The notes beneath the pieces were generated by a model, which saw only the letters and a list, made by a program, of their open reading frames with translations, was not told the DNA's origin and did no database searches. Shown here in pieces: positions 36,930 to 50,534 of a stretch of DNA of 62,267 nt. Where the stretch lies: assembly GCF_004010195.1 (NCBI RefSeq), contig NC_057716.1, positions 104,808,822 through 104,871,088 on the forward strand, read 5' to 3'. Made by a program: the position numbers and the translations under genes. This DNA is from Chiloscyllium plagiosum. Taxonomy: Eukaryota. How positions within the stretch are numbered: position 1 is the first letter of the stretch; each line of letters begins with the position of its first letter.

Positions 36930-39832
36930 AAAGGGGTGTCCAGCAAGTGGAAGGTTTCCAAAAGCGAGATAACAGGAGTTCAGGGCAGCATGTTCCTGTT
37001 AGTATGAGGGCATGGCAGGCAGGGGTAGGGAACACCTCATGACTGGAGAAATTGAGGCACTGATCAAGAAAAAGAAGGAGGCCTATGTCAGGTAGAGACA
37101 GCTGGGATCAAGTGATCCCTTCAGGACTATTGGGGGGTGTAGGAGTACACTTAAGAGGGAAATCAGGAAGGCAAATAGGGAACATGAGATAGTTTTGGCA
37201 AATAAGGTTAAAGAGAATCCAAACAGATTCTACAAATACATTGAGGGCAAAAGAGTAACTAGGAAGAGAATAGGGCATCTTAAAAATCAATAGGGGATAA
37301 GTAAGATCCCAAATTGCCAATTTTGGGTCAGTATTTACTGTGGAGAAAGACATGAAACTACGGAACTAGGGAAAATAAACAGTGAAGTCAAGAAAAGATT
37401 CCACATTACAGAAGAGAGGCGAGAGAAGTCTTAAACCCCAGTGACCCGATCAAATGTATCCCAGGACGTTGTCGAAAGCTGGGGAAGAAGTTATGGGGCC
37501 CCAGCAAAGATATCTGTATCATCAACAGCGATGGGTGAAGGGGCCAGAAGACTGAAGGGTGGCTAATGCTGTGCCAGTGTTTCAGAAGGGTGGAAGAGAA
37601 CGCCAGGGGACTCCAGACTGGTGAGACTGACATCTGTGATGGGTAAGTTATTGGAGGGGATTCTGAGGGACAGGATTTACATGCATTTTGGAAAACCAAG
37701 GGATGATTAGGGATACTCAGCATGGGTTTATGTTCGGAAAATCGTGTCTCACAAATTTGGCTGAATTATTTGAAGAAGTGACCAAGAAGGTGAATGATGG
37801 CAGAGCAGTAAACATTGTCTACATGGTCTTTAGCAAGACCTTCAACAAGGCTCCTCTGTAGTCTGCTTAATAAGGTTAAATCACATTGATTCAGGGATCC
37901 AGAGAAAGGTAGCCAATTGAATGCACATAGGTTTGATGGGTAGGAGACAGAGGGTAGTGGTGGAAGCCTGTGCCCAGCGGTGTGCCACAAGGATTGGTGC
38001 TGGGTCCACTGTTGTTTGTCATTTATATAAATAATTTGGGTGAGATTATAGGAGACATAGATGGTAAGTTTGTGGATGACACCAAAATTGATGTTATAGT
38101 GGACACTGAAGAAGGTTTTTTATTTATTTGTGCATCACTGGCTGGGCCCAGCATTTATTGCCCGTCCCTAGTTGCCCCTTGAGAAAGTAGTGGTGAGGTG
38201 CCTTCTTGAACCACTGCAGTCCATGTGCTGTAGGTAGACCCACAATGCCCTCAGGGAGGGAATTCCAGGATTTTAACCCAGCCACAGTGCAGGAACAATG
38301 ATATATTTCCAAGCCAAGGTGATGAATGGCTTGGAGAGGAACTTGCAGGGGGTGGTGTTCCCATGTATCTGCCACCCTTGTCCTTCTAGATGGAAGTGGA
38401 TGTGGGTTTGGAAGGTGCTGTCTGAGGATCTTTGGTGAGTTTCTGCAGTGCACATTGTAGATAGTACACACTGCTGCTACTGAGTGTCGGTGGTGGAGGG
38501 AGTGGGTGTTTGTGGATGTGGTGCCAATCAAGCGGCTGCTTTGTCCTGGATGGTGTCAAGCTTCTTGAGTGTTGTTGGAGCTGCCCCCATCCAGGGCAAG
38601 TGGGGAATATTCCATCGCACTCTTGACTTTTGCTTTGTAGATGGTGGACAGGCTTTGAAGAGCCAGGGGATGAGTTATTTGCTGCAGAATTCCTAGCCTC
38701 TGACTTGTTCTTGTAGCCACTGTGTTTATGTGGTGAGTCCAGCTGAGTTTCTGATCAATGAGTACCCCCAGGATGGTGATAGTGGGGGATTCAGATGGTA
38801 ACACCATTGAATGTTAAAGGGCGGTGGTTAGATTGTCTCTTATTCGTGATGGTCAGAGCCTGGCATCCATGTGGCGTGAATGTTATTTACCACTTGTCAG
38901 GCCAAGCCTGGATATTGTCCAGATCTTGTTGCATTTGAACACAGACTGCTTCAGTATCTGAGGAGTTGCGAATGGTGCTGAACATTGTGCAATCATCTCC
39001 GAGTATAATGGGATCTTGATCAACTGGGCCAATGAGCTGAGGGATGGCAGATGGAGTTTAACTTAAAAAAATGTGAGGTGGTGCATTTTGATCAGACAAA
39101 CAGGGCAGGACTTACATAGTTAATGGTGGGGTATTGTCAAGTGGAGACTTAGGGGTGCAGGAAATTGTTCCTTGAAAGTGGCATCACAGGGTAGACAGGG
39201 TAGTGAGGAAGGCATTTGGCAAGTTTGCCTTTATAAGTCAGAGCACTGAGTACAGGAGTTGGGATGTTATGTTACAGCTTTACAAGACATTGATAAGGCC
39301 ACAATTGGAACATTGCGCAAGTTTTAGTCTGGTACAGGAAGGGTATTACTAAACTGGAAAGGGTGCAAAAATGATTTGCGAGGATGTTATTGGGATTGGA
39401 CGGTTTGAGTTATAGGGAGGGGCTGGATAGGCTGGGACTTTTTCCCCGGAACGTGGGAGGATGAGGGGTGACCTTATTGAGGTTTATAAAATCTTTAGGG
39501 GCGTAGATAAGATGAATACCCAAGGTCTTTTCCTCAGGGAAGGGGAGTTCAAAACTAGTGGGCATAGGTTTAAGATGAGAGGGGAAAGATTAGAAAGGGA
39601 CCTGAGGGGCAACATTTTCACTCAGAGGGTGGTGCGTGTATGGAACGAGCAGTCAGAGGAAGTGGTAGAGGCGAGTATATTTACAACATTTTAAATACAT
39701 TGGACAGGTACATGGATAGTTTAGAGGGATATAGGCCAAACGCAGGAAAATGAGACTAGCTCAGTTTAGGAAAACAGGGTCAGCAAAGACAAGTTGAGCC
39801 AAAGGGTCTGTTTTTGTGCTGTATGACTCTAG
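36930..39832 (+). mobile_element. CR1/HER1 LINE (about 2 kb), split by an antisense LINE
   Basis: [29 protein letters not shown]; RGDLIEVYKI..VWNE; HER1 tail. Confidence 0.88.
38122..39000 (-). mobile_element. Distinct CR1-clade LINE 3' end nested in the previous element
   Basis: ILGVLIDQKLSW, YKAKVKSAMEYS, SLHHRHSVAAVCTIY, KSWNSLP; tail gggcaactagggacgggcaataaatgctgg. Confidence 0.8.
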
Positions 39833-39864
39833 ACTCGAGGTCCTGAGGACTTGCCTACATTTAG

Positions 39865-40175
39865 GCTTTATAAAACACCCAACACATCCTCCTCTTTTGC
39901 CCAAGAATATCAACATTCCCCTCTTTCAACTCACCATCCACCATATCCTTCTCTTTTGTGAATACTGATACAAAGTATGGATTAAGGACCTCACCCACTT
40001 CCTCTGGCTCCACACACAAATTCCCACTTTTGTCCTTGAGTGGGCCTAGTCTTTCCCTAGTTACCCTCTTGCTCCTAATATATGGATAAAATGCCTGTGG
40101 ATTTTCCTTAATCTTGTTTGCCAAAGACATTTCATGGCACCTTTTGGAACTCTGGACACTTAAGTGAATTCTTTC
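39865..40175 (-). mobile_element. CR1 fragment
   Basis: LANKIKENPQAFYPYIRSKR..LGPLKD. Confidence 0.8.
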
Positions 40176-40424
40176 CTGTCCAGGCTGGGTCAATAAGTAT
40201 ATTCAAGGCTGAGACAGATAGGTTTTCAATTTGTAAGGGAATCAAGGACTATGGGGAAAATAAAACGTAATTATTCAAAAGAATCATTGATTAAATCTTC
40301 TTCAACTGAGGCAACATGGAATGTTGTGAGTTTAGGAATCCAGTAACTTACCTCCTGACTCCCCAAAGCCTGTCCCTTTGTTCACCATCTACAAGTCAGG
40401 AGTGTGATGGAATACTCCCCACAT

Positions 40425-40733
40425 CATAGAATCCTTACACTGTGGAAGCAGGCCATTCTGCCTATTGAATCCACACTTACCCTCTGAAGGACATTCCACC
40501 CACTCGCCTACTCTATCCCTGTAACCCATGGCTGATCCATCTAGCATACACATCCATGGACACTATGGGCAACTTAGCATGACCATTCCACCCTAACCTA
40601 CACATCTTTGGATTGTGGGAGGAAACCCACGCAGGCACAGGGAGAATGTACAAACTCCACATAGACAGTCACCCAAGGGTAGAATCGAACCCGGGTCCCT
40701 GGTTCTGTGAGGCAGTATGCTAACCATTGAGCA
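40425..40733 (-). mobile_element. HE1 SINE
   Basis: Head, core and tail present. Confidence 0.8.
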
Positions 40734-41134
40734 AACGAGCTGCAGGTAAATTTTTAAAAATCCTTTTCAGACAGCGAAACACAGTGCCTGGAGGTTTGGT
40801 GGAGGCAGATTAAAACATTCAAGAGGGCACTGGATGGAAATGCTGTAAAGGGAGAAAAGACCTGCAGTTTGATACTGGATACTGATGCATGTATGAAGAG
40901 CTGGTACAGGCTTGATGGACTGAATGGCCTCTTTTTGCAGTGTAACAATTCCGTGATTTGGTGATTTCAAGTTGGAGCTGAACCATTGTTACCTTAACAG
41001 TGGAGACAGTGGGACTCGGTGGTTCACAAACACAGTCCATGGAGCTGGGGGACCCTCCAGATTGTGGGTCAGATATACTGGTTCTGTCTGGTCGACATGT
41101 TGCAACGTTATTGTTGCAGAGAGGAAGATAAGAA

Positions 41135-41305
41135 AAGGTCAGGAGTCACACGACACCAAGTTTACTCGAAATCACAATCTTTCGGAGTGGCTAATTCTTC
41201 GTCAGGCGATGGAACAGTGCTCCGAAAGTTTGAGATTTCAAACAAACTTGGTGTCACATGACTTCTGAGCTTGCCCACCCCGGTCCAACACCAGCACCTC
41301 CACAC
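41135..41305. mobile_element. Older family B-like fold-back element
   Basis: Diverged inverted arms (gacaccaagttt / aaacttggtgtc) with ttcgtcagg and ctccgaaag remnants. Confidence 0.5.
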
Positions 41306-41669
41306 TGGAGATAAGGAAGAGCAAGAAGGTAGGAACAATGGAGGATGACAACGTCAGTGAGCTGAAGGCATAAGGAAACATAGACAATTCACAAATCAAA
41401 CCTTCGACAATCCTGCGGAAGACATAGAGCAGAAGTGGGCCATTCTGCCCATCTGCTCTGCTCCCCCCGCTCAGTGAGATCATGACTGATCTGGTCATTG
41501 TCAACTTCACTTTTCTACCCTTTCCCCATAATCCTTGATTCCCTTCCTTAACAAAAATCTGTCTGACTCAGCCTTGAATATCCTTAAACACCCAACATCA
41601 ACAGTCCTCTGCAGTAAAGAATTCCACAGATTCAATACCCTTGAAGAAATTCCACTTCATTGCTGTCTT

Positions 41670-42305
41670 CATAGAATCCCTTTAGTGTGGAAACAGGCCA
41701 TTTGGCCCAATAAATCCACACTGAAGAGTAACCCACCCAGACCCATTCCCCTATTACTCTCCATTTACCTCTGACTAAAGCACCGAACCTATACATCCCT
41801 GAACACTATGGGGCAATTTCCCATGACCAATCCACCTGACCTGCACACGTGGATGGCATGGTGGCACAGTGGTTAGCACTGCTGCCTCACAGCGCCAGAG
41901 ACCCGGGTTCAATTCCCGCCTCGGGCAACTGTCTGTGTGGAGTTTGCACATTCTCCCCGTGTCTGCATGGGTTTCCTCCGGATGCTCCGGTTTCCTCCCA
42001 CAGTCCAAAGATGTGCAGGTTAGGTGAATTGGCCATGGGAAATTGCCCGTAGTATTAGGTGAAGGGGTAAATGTAGGGGAATGGGTCTGGGTGGGTTGCT
42101 CTTCGGAGGGTCGGTGTGGACTTGTTGGGACAAAGGACCTGTTTCCATACTGTAAGTAAGTAATCTAATCTTTGGATTGTGGGAGGAAACCGGAGCACCC
42201 AGAGGAAACCCACGCAGACTCGGGGAGAATGTGCAAACTCCACACAGTCAGTCGCCCTGAGGGTTGAATCGAACCTGGTTCCTTGGCACTGTGAGGCAGC
42301 AGTCT
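41670..42305. mobile_element. HE1 SINE (-) with a full HE1 (+, about 41850-42167) inserted into it
   Basis: Minus copy breaks at acctgcaca (41848) and resumes at tctttggattgtgg (about 42169). Confidence 0.85.
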
Positions 42306-44529
42306 TAATTGGGAGAAAGTGAGGACTGCAGATACTGGAGATCAGAGTCGAGAGTGTGGTGCTGGAAAAGCACAGCAGGTCAGACAGCATCTTCAGTGAA
42401 CTGGTGAACTGGGAAATCCTCTGGTCCAGTCAGGTGTAACAGGAGTGAGCCATGTCTCTCTAAAACAGAGTACACAGCTGCCCCTCCACTCCCTTTGGAA
42501 GGTGAGTCTAGCTTTAAGGTCAACCATCTTGTTTTTCAAAAGCTTGGTCATTTGCTAGGAGTATGCTGGGGATGGGGGGACTTGAAACCTCATAGTTCCA
42601 GTTTCACCTGAAGGCTAGGCATCTCCCACGTTTCCGGGGTAAGTCACTGTTCCCAGTCAGTCCTGGGCATCGGTGAGGAACATTTGCTGTTCCAAGAGGT
42701 AAGTGTATGCTTCCAATGGAATCCTGGGCACCAGTTGCGGACTTGAGCAATCCAGAGGGTCTTGTGGCCTGTTCGGTCAGGCCTCCTCGATGTCAGGTTA
42801 CCGTGTTCCTTGTTCCAGCACTGGTCCAGCCTCGCTTACGGGTTTTCATGAGGTCAGGCCTGTGACAGGCCAGAAGGATCCTCAGAAAATAAGTGACAGG
42901 TTTAGATAGTGGATCTGGATCAGCGCAGGCTTGGAGGGCCGAAGGACCTGTTCCTGTGCTGTAATTTGTTTTGTTCTTTGTCTTGCGGTTCCAACGCCAG
43001 CAAGCTAAGTATGGAGTTCTGGGCACTAGTTTCGGCCACAAGCTCTCTGGGGCATCTGCGAAATCTGTCAACTCTTAAAAGGTTTCAGTTCCTGGTGCCT
43101 CAGGAAAAAATAAGGATCCTAATGACCGAAAAAGCTGCAGGTCCGCAAACTTACAGGAGAATTACTCGTTGCTTTTCATCTGCCCCAGCGACATTTGCCC
43201 AGAAAATACAATGCATTCTTTCCACATACTGGGCCCAGTGTTCGAAGGGAGGATTGAACGAGTCCAGCTTCCCAAATAACGGCATGATGCCAGAAAGGCT
43301 GACCTCAACTCAACGACGATTGCTGTGAGTGAATATCTTCAGAAGCATTTGTTTTCTCATCGCCACTGAAATAACTTTACAGAGGCCGATAGCCCATCAA
43401 CAAGTCCCCCTTTATTTACACATGCATTCTACTAAACACAGATCCAGCTCCCGCAAAGCCAGCTCTCAAAGTGAATAGAAGCCCTGACACTCCTGTTTAT
43501 ATCTGTCAGCCAGGGTTCCCTGATTGGACCAGGTTAACGGCCCCAATCTGGGAACTCACATTCTATAAGGTCCATTATAGTCACTACTTTTAAATCTGTT
43601 TTCATTCCCTGTCTCCTATTCAGTTTCAAGCTTATCTCAGGTATTTCATCAGACTGCACTGAATGGCAACTTGCTCTTTAATAGATTTGTGGATTTAACT
43701 ACACCCCCAAATACGATAGCTGTTCAAGCCAACAGATCTGCACCACCTTCTCAACGAGATGGACAATAAATGTAGGCCCAGTGAGTGACACCCACATCCC
43801 AGGTACGATTAACACCCAGTGTCAGAATAACCCCAATCTCAACAACTGTGGTCAAACAGCCTGGCGACAGATTTACTCACAACAAGACTCCCAGTGATAA
43901 ACATACCCTCCCACTGGATCGGGTCTGCTTTATTCCTCACACTCCCTCTAGATCTGAGCTGCTTTATCCCCTAGACACCCTCCTGAACTCCCTGCATCTC
44001 TCATCCCTTCTCTCCTCCCTGCACCCTCACTCCCTCCCACCTTGGATACCATCCCCTAGATCTTACATCTAGTTGATAGGGAAAAAAAAAGGGCAAAGGA
44101 AAATTATGGGAAGTTGATGGGATTATGAAAACCCCACTTGATTAGAACATCCAAGCACAGAAGTTCAGCAATATCCGTCCCTGTTGACAGCTGGCATGAC
44201 CCTTCAGATCAGCAGCATGATATCAATGCTTCAAACACAGGCCCGGCTGCAGGAGCTAATTGTTACAGTCAGGAATTAAAATCCTCTCTCTTTGAAAGAA
44301 CAAGCCCAATTAAACTGTGTCAGCCTGATCTCTGCACATTGAGCCTGTTAGCTAGCATTCCCAGTGAATTATTCCGGCTGAAACCTCACTGTCTCCTTCC
44401 CTGAGGAATATTCTCCCAAATGAGAAGATCCTGGGTTGAAGTTACACTCCAGAGATTCATGGATGCAGGATCGAGGAGTTGCAGATATAAGCAATCTAAA
44501 GGTTCGGTTAGCTCCTTTGGCTGGATAAA

Positions 44530-44900
44530 AAACAAAGAACAAAGAAAATTGACAGCCCAGGAACAGGCCCTTCAGCCTTCCGAGCCTGAGCTGATCCAAA
44601 TGTACTGTCTAAACCTGTTGGTCAATTCCTAAGCATCTGTATCCCTCTGCTCCCCACCTACTCATGCATTTATCCAGACACATCTTAAATGAATCTACCC
44701 TGCCTGCCTCTACCACCTCTGCTGGCAACACGTTCCAAACGCCCACCAAACTTGCTGATCATACCAACAGTGCCCTCTTCCAGATCATTTATGTATATTA
44801 CAAACAACAGTGGCCCCAACACTGACCCCTGTGGAACACCACTGGTCACCTTTCTCCATTTTGAGAAACTCCCTTCAACTCTGTCTCCTGTTGCTCAACC
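44530..44900 (-). mobile_element. CR1 fragment
   Basis: Antisense of [11 protein letters not shown] plus 3' tail. Confidence 0.75.
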
Positions 44901-45526
44901 NNNNNNNNNNNNNNNNNNNNNNNNNNNNNNNNNNNNNNNNNNNNNNNNNNNNNNNNNNNNNNNNNNNNNNNNNNNNNNNNNNNNNNNNNNNNNNNNNNNN
45001 NNNNNNNNNNNNNNNNNNNNNNNNNNNNNNNNNNNNNNNNNNNNNNNNNNNNNNNNNNNNNNNNNNNNNNNNNNNNNNNNNNNNNNNNNNNNNNNNNNNN
45101 NNNNNNNNNNNNNNNNNNNNNNNNNNNNNNNNNNNNNNNNNNNNNNNNNNNNNNNNNNNNNNNNNNNNNNNNNNNNNNNNNNNNNNNNNNNNNNNNNNNN
45201 NNNNNNNNNNNNNNNNNNNNNNNNNNNNNNNNNNNNNNNNNNNNNNNNNNNNNNNNNNNNNNNNNNNNNNNNNNNNNNNNNNNNNNNNNNNNNNNNNNNN
45301 NNNNNNNNNNNNNNNNNNNNNNNNNNNNNNNNNNNNNNNNNNNNNNNNNNNNNNNNNNNNNNNNNNNNNNNNNNNNNNNNNNNNNNNNNNNNNNNNNNNN
45401 NNNNNNNNNNNNNNNNNNNNNNNNNNNNNNNNNNNNNNNNNNNNNNNNNNNNNNNNNNNNNNNNNNNNNNNNNNNNNNNNNNNNNNNNNNNNNNNNNNNN
45501 NNNNNNNNNNNNNNNNNNNNNNNNNG

Positions 45527-45998
45527 GAAGAAGATTGCAGGTCAAGAAGGCGGTGCTGAGTCCGAGGGTTGGGACTGAGAAAAGGTGGGGGGAGGGGAAA
45601 TGAGGAAGGTGGAGAAATCCGCATTCATCCCTTGTGGCTGGAGGGTTCCTAAGCGGAAGATGGGGCGCTCTTCCTCCAGGCGTCGTGTTGCCATGGTCTG
45701 GCGATGGAGGAGGCCAAGGACCTGCATGTCCTCGGCGGAGTGGGAGGGGGAATTAAAGTGTTCAGCTACGGGGCGGTTGGGTTGGTTGGTGCGGGTGTCC
45801 CAGAGGTGTTCTCTGAAACGTTCCGCAAGTAGGCGGCTTGTCTCCCCAATGTAGAGGAGGCCACATCGGGTGCAGCAGATGCAGTAAATGATGTATGTGG
45901 AGGTGCATGTGAATTTCTGACTGATATGGAAGGATCCCTTGGGGCCTTGGAGGGAAGTGAAGAGGGAGGTGTGGGCGCAAGTTTTGCATTTCTTGCAT
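45527..45998 (-). mobile_element. Penelope-like GIY-YIG fragment
   Basis: TRRLEEERPIFRLGTLQPQGMNADF, with upstream cysteine-rich/GIY-YIG remnants. Confidence 0.8.
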
Positions 45999-46137
45999 CA
46001 GTGTAAAGGGAGATGGGTATTTCAGTGGGTCAGTGTAAAGGGAGTTGGGTATTTCACTGGGTCAGTGTAAAGGGAGTTGGGTATTTCACTGGGTCAGGGT
46101 AAAGGGAGTTGGGTATTTCACTGGGTCAGGGTAAAGG
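45998..46137 (+). repeat. 32-bp minisatellite (about 4 units)
   Basis: gggtcagtgtaaagggagttgggtatttcact at 46027, 46059, 46091, 46123. Confidence 0.9.
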
Positions 46138-46369
46138 TGAATCTGTGGTGTACCTGACAAATGTTATAATTATCTGTACTACTTCCTCTGGCAGTTCATT
46201 CCACACCCCCACACTACCTTCTGTGAGGAACAGTGACTGTTTAGATCCTGGTTAGTAAATTTGTGGATGACACCAATGTTTGTGGTAGACTGGACAGCGA
46301 AGAAGTCTGTCAAAGTGGTAGGTGCCTGGAATGTATGGTCAAAGGAGGGAGTAGATGTGAATACCATAG

Positions 46370-47780
46370 CAACATAGAACATAACAGTGCAGTACAGGCC
46401 CCTCGGCCCTCGATGTTGCGCCGACCTTTCATACCAACCTGAAGCCCATCTAACCCACACTATTCCATGTACGTCCATATGCTTGTCCAATGATGACTCA
46501 AATGCACTTAAAGTTGGCGAATCTACTACCGTTACAGGTAAAGCATTCCATACCCTTACTACTCTCTGAGTAAAGAAACTACCTCTGACATCTGTCCTAT
46601 ATCAATCACCCCTCAATTTAAAGCTATGCCCCCTCGTGCTCGCCGTCACCATACTTGGAAAAAGGCTCTCCCTGTCCACCCTATCTAACCCTCTGATTAT
46701 CTTATATGTCTCTATTAAGTCACCTCTCAACCTNNNNNNNNNNNNNNNNNNNNNNNNNNNNNNNNNNNNNNNNNNNNNNNNNNNNNNNNNNNNNNNNNNN
46801 NNNNNNNNNNNNNNNNNNNNNNNNNNNNNNNNNNNNNNNNNNNNNNNNNNNNNNNNNNNNNNNNNNNNNNNNNNNNNNNNNNNNNNNNNNNNNNNNNNNN
46901 NNNNNNNNNNNNNNNNNNNNNNNNNNNNNNNNNNNNNNNNNNNNNNNNNNNNNNNNNNNNNNNNNNNNNNNNNNNNNNNNNNNNNNNNNNNNNNNNNNNN
47001 NNNNNNNNNNNNNNNNNNNNNNNNNNNNNNNNNNNNNNNNNNNNNNNNNNNNNNNNNNNNNNNNNNNNNNNNNNNNNNNNNNNNNNNNNNNNNNNNNNNN
47101 NNNNNNNNNNNNNNNNNNNNNNNNNNNNNNNNNNNNNNNNNNNNNNNNNNNNNNNNNNNNNNNNNNNNNNNNNNNNNNNNNNNNNNNNNNNNNNNNNNNN
47201 NNNNNNNNNNNNNNNNNNNNNNNNNNNNNNNNNNNNNNNNNNNNNNNNNNNNNNNNNNNNNNNNNNNNNNNNNNNNNNNNNNNNNNNNNNNNNNNNNNNN
47301 NNNNNNNNNNNNNNNNNNNNNNNNNNNNNNNNNNNNNNNNNNNNNNNNNNNNNNNNNNNNNNNNNNNNNNNNNNNNNNNNNNNNNNNNNNNNNNNNNNNN
47401 NNNNNNNNNNNNNNNNNNNNNNNNNNNNNNNNNNNNNNNNNNNNNNNNNNNNNNNNNNNNNNNNNNNNNNNNNNNNNNNNNNNNNNNNNNNNNNNNNNNN
47501 NNNNNNNNNNNNNNNNNNNNNNNNNNNNNNNNNNNNNNNNNNNNGCTACATCTCCCACAATCTCATTCCTCCACATTTTGTACAATAGCCTACCGTGGGA
47601 AACCTTATTGAACACCTTGCTGAAATCCATATACACCACATCAACCGGTTTACTCTCATCTACCTGTTTGGTCACCTTCTCAAAGAACTCAATAAAGTTT
47701 GTGAGGCACGACCTACCCTTCACAAAACCGTGCTGACTATCCCTAATCAAATTATTCTTTTCTAGATGATTATAAATCCT
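46370..47780 (-). mobile_element. CR1 LINE spanning a gap
   Basis: DSQHGFVKGRSCLTNFIEFF..VVYMDFSKVF; LRGDLIETYKI. Confidence 0.88.
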
Positions 47781-47934
47781 ATTGATGCATTTAGACAGGC
47801 ACATGAACAAAATAAAGGGATATGGACCTTGTACAGGCAGATGGGATTAGTTTAGAGTGGCATCATGGTCAGTGCAGACATGATGGGCCGAAGGGCCAGT
47901 TCCTGTGTTGTTTTGGTCTATGTTCTGTGTTCCT

Positions 47935-48258
47935 GAAATGTCCAGCTCCCTTTACACTGACTCAGTGAAATACCCAGCTCTCTGTACCCTGACCCAGTGA
48001 AATACCCAGCTCCCTGTACCCTGACCCAGTGAAATACCCATCTCCCTGTACCCTGACCCAGTGAAATGTCCAGCTCCCTTTACACTGAATCAGTGAAATA
48101 CCCAGCCCCCTTTACACTGACCCAGTGAAATACCCCGCTCCTTTTATACTGACCCAATAAAATACCCAGCTTCCTTTACCCTGAGCCAAAGAAATACCCA
48201 GCTTCCTTTACACTGACCCAGTGAAATACCCAGCTCCCTGTACCCTGACCCAGTGAAG
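47935..48258 (-). repeat. Same 32-bp minisatellite in reverse orientation (about 10 units)
   Basis: agtgaaatacccagctccctttacactgaccc. Confidence 0.9.
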
Positions 48259-48544
48259 GGTCTGTTTCTGTGCTGTATGACTCTATAACCAGGCGGTTGG
48301 AAGTTAAGTGAATTCTCAATTAATTCTATGTCATTGAGTGTATTAAAAGATTAAACAATAGCAGGTAGGTAGAAGAAAGCTGTGATTTAGGGAGCGTGGG
48401 AGTCAGAGAAATGAAATATTGTAATTAACAGAGACCGACCCTAAGTGTGGAACCTCTTGGTGAGTCAGTGAGGAAGTTCAAATGTTTTCAGTGTGCTCTT
48501 AAAGGCAGCTTCCGTCAGTAAGGAAAGTGGACTGTTTTATTAGA

Positions 48545-48950
48545 GACAGAGACACACACACACACGCACACATGCACACACATACACACACGCACACGCG
48601 CACACACACATACAGACATGCACGCACAGACACAGGTATGTGCACAAACACAGATGCATACATACGCACACAGACACATACACAGACATGCACATGTGCA
48701 CGTGTGCACATAAACACAGGCACACGCAGAGACATGCATGACTACAAACACATAGAAATGCTCACACATGCACTTAGACACCCAGATACACACACGTTCG
48801 TAAACACATACGTGAATAGTCACACGTACGCAGACACACATAAACACACATGTGCATGCACACACACAAGCAGAAATGCAAACACATGCACATGCAAACA
48901 TAAACACGCATACACATACACAAAAACAGACACACCTACACACAGACACA
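48545..48950 (+). repeat. Degenerate (CA)n / alternating purine-pyrimidine tract
   Basis: About 400 bp of cacaca/cataca/cgcaca. Confidence 0.9.
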
Positions 48951-49898
48951 ATCCTCAATGGCCCTCCCTGACCACTCACCATGAAACCAAATAGCAACAG
49001 GAGGAGGCCATTCAGCCCATTGGAAGCTCTTTGAAATTTATCCAAATGTCCCCGCCCTTCCGTCCTCCGCCCACCAGCCTGTAAATATTTCATTCCCTAA
49101 CAGCAGCTCACCAGCTCCTCCTCCAGGGACCATTCGGAGCTGGGTAATAAACACTGCCACAACCAGTGACACCCACCTCCTGGGAGCGACCATATCGATT
49201 TTTTAAAAATGGCAAGAATTTATCCAAATTCCTTTGGAAAGTTCCTGCTGAATCTGCTCCCACCGCCCTTTCAGGCAGCGTGTTCCAGATTACAGCAACT
49301 CCTCACTGCGTGGAAATAAACACATTCTCCTCCTCGCCCCTGCCTTGGGATTTTCTCATCACTAATTATCTCTCATCCTCCCGGTTAAACCATCTGTGTA
49401 CTCCTATGGCCAAACCCACGCCCTCATTCATCTCCCTCAAAAAACAAAGGGAACATTAAGAGTCGTTTCTATTTCATCAAAGAGGGAGAAAGCTCCTTTT
49501 TCTAACTGAGAAGGGAGCTCTGGTTGGGAGGGCGAGTGAATGATTTGTTGCGGGCAGCGAGAGTGTTTTCTGGACATACCTGACAGGGTGGTGTTTCCTG
49601 CAGCCAGCTCAGGGTTTCTGTGTGTCTCTGTTCAGTCTCAGTGGGAGTAGACAGCTTCATCCACACTCTCTGCCTCAGCTTCCAGTCTGCCCAGTTGCTC
49701 GTGACATCATCACTCCCTGGCAATTAAACCCCACAGCCTCGATAAAGGCAGGCGATTCACAGCAACAACAACAGCAATGACACTGCATTCACGTAGCAGC
49801 CCTTTGGCCTGGCAAAGACTGGAGGGAGGGGGTGTGAAGGGAGTGAACTAGGAATTTAGGAGGCTCAGAGGAATCTTAGGGAGCTTGGTCACAGACCG

Positions 49899-50342
49899 AG
49901 GGGCGGCACAGTGGCTCAGCGGTTAGCATTGCTACCTCACAGCACCAGGAACCCAGGTTCGAATCCAGCCTCGGGTGACTGTCTGTGTGGAGTTTGCACA
50001 TTCTCCCCATGTCTGCGTTGGTTCCCTTCCACAATCCAAAGATGTGCAGGTTAGGTGAATTTGCCATGCTAAATTTCCCAGAGAAGGTAAAAACAATGAC
50101 TGCAGATGCTGGAAACCAGAGTCTAGATTAGAGTGGTGCTGGAAAAGCACAGCAGTTCAGGCAGCATCCGAGGAGCAGGAAAATCGAAGCCCTTCATCAG
50201 GAATACAGCTATAGTGCCCATAGTGTTAGGTGCATTAGTCAGAGGGAAATGGTTCTGGGTGGGTTAGTCTCCAGAGGGTTGGTGTGGACTTGTTGGGCCA
50301 AAGGGCCTGTTTCCATACCGTAGGGGAATCTAATCTAATCAA
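49899..50342 (+). mobile_element. HE1 SINE interrupted by a family A unit (about 50080-50205)
   Basis: Head at 49899, tail taatctaatc at about 50340. Confidence 0.85.
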
Positions 50343-50534
50343 ACCCCTGGTGGCAGGCTCTTAGGGTAGTTACAAACAGAACATTACAGCGCAGTACAGG
50401 CCCTCGATGTTGCGCTGACCTGTGGAACCAATCTCAAGTCCATCTAACCTACGCTATCCCATTCTCATCCAAATGTTTATCCAATGACCATTTAATTGCC
50501 CTTAAAGTTGGCGACTCTACCACAACTGCAAAGG

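Noticed and set aside
48499-49093. Cys/Val- and His/Thr-rich ORFs
   Set aside because: Translations of a degenerate (CA)n tract.
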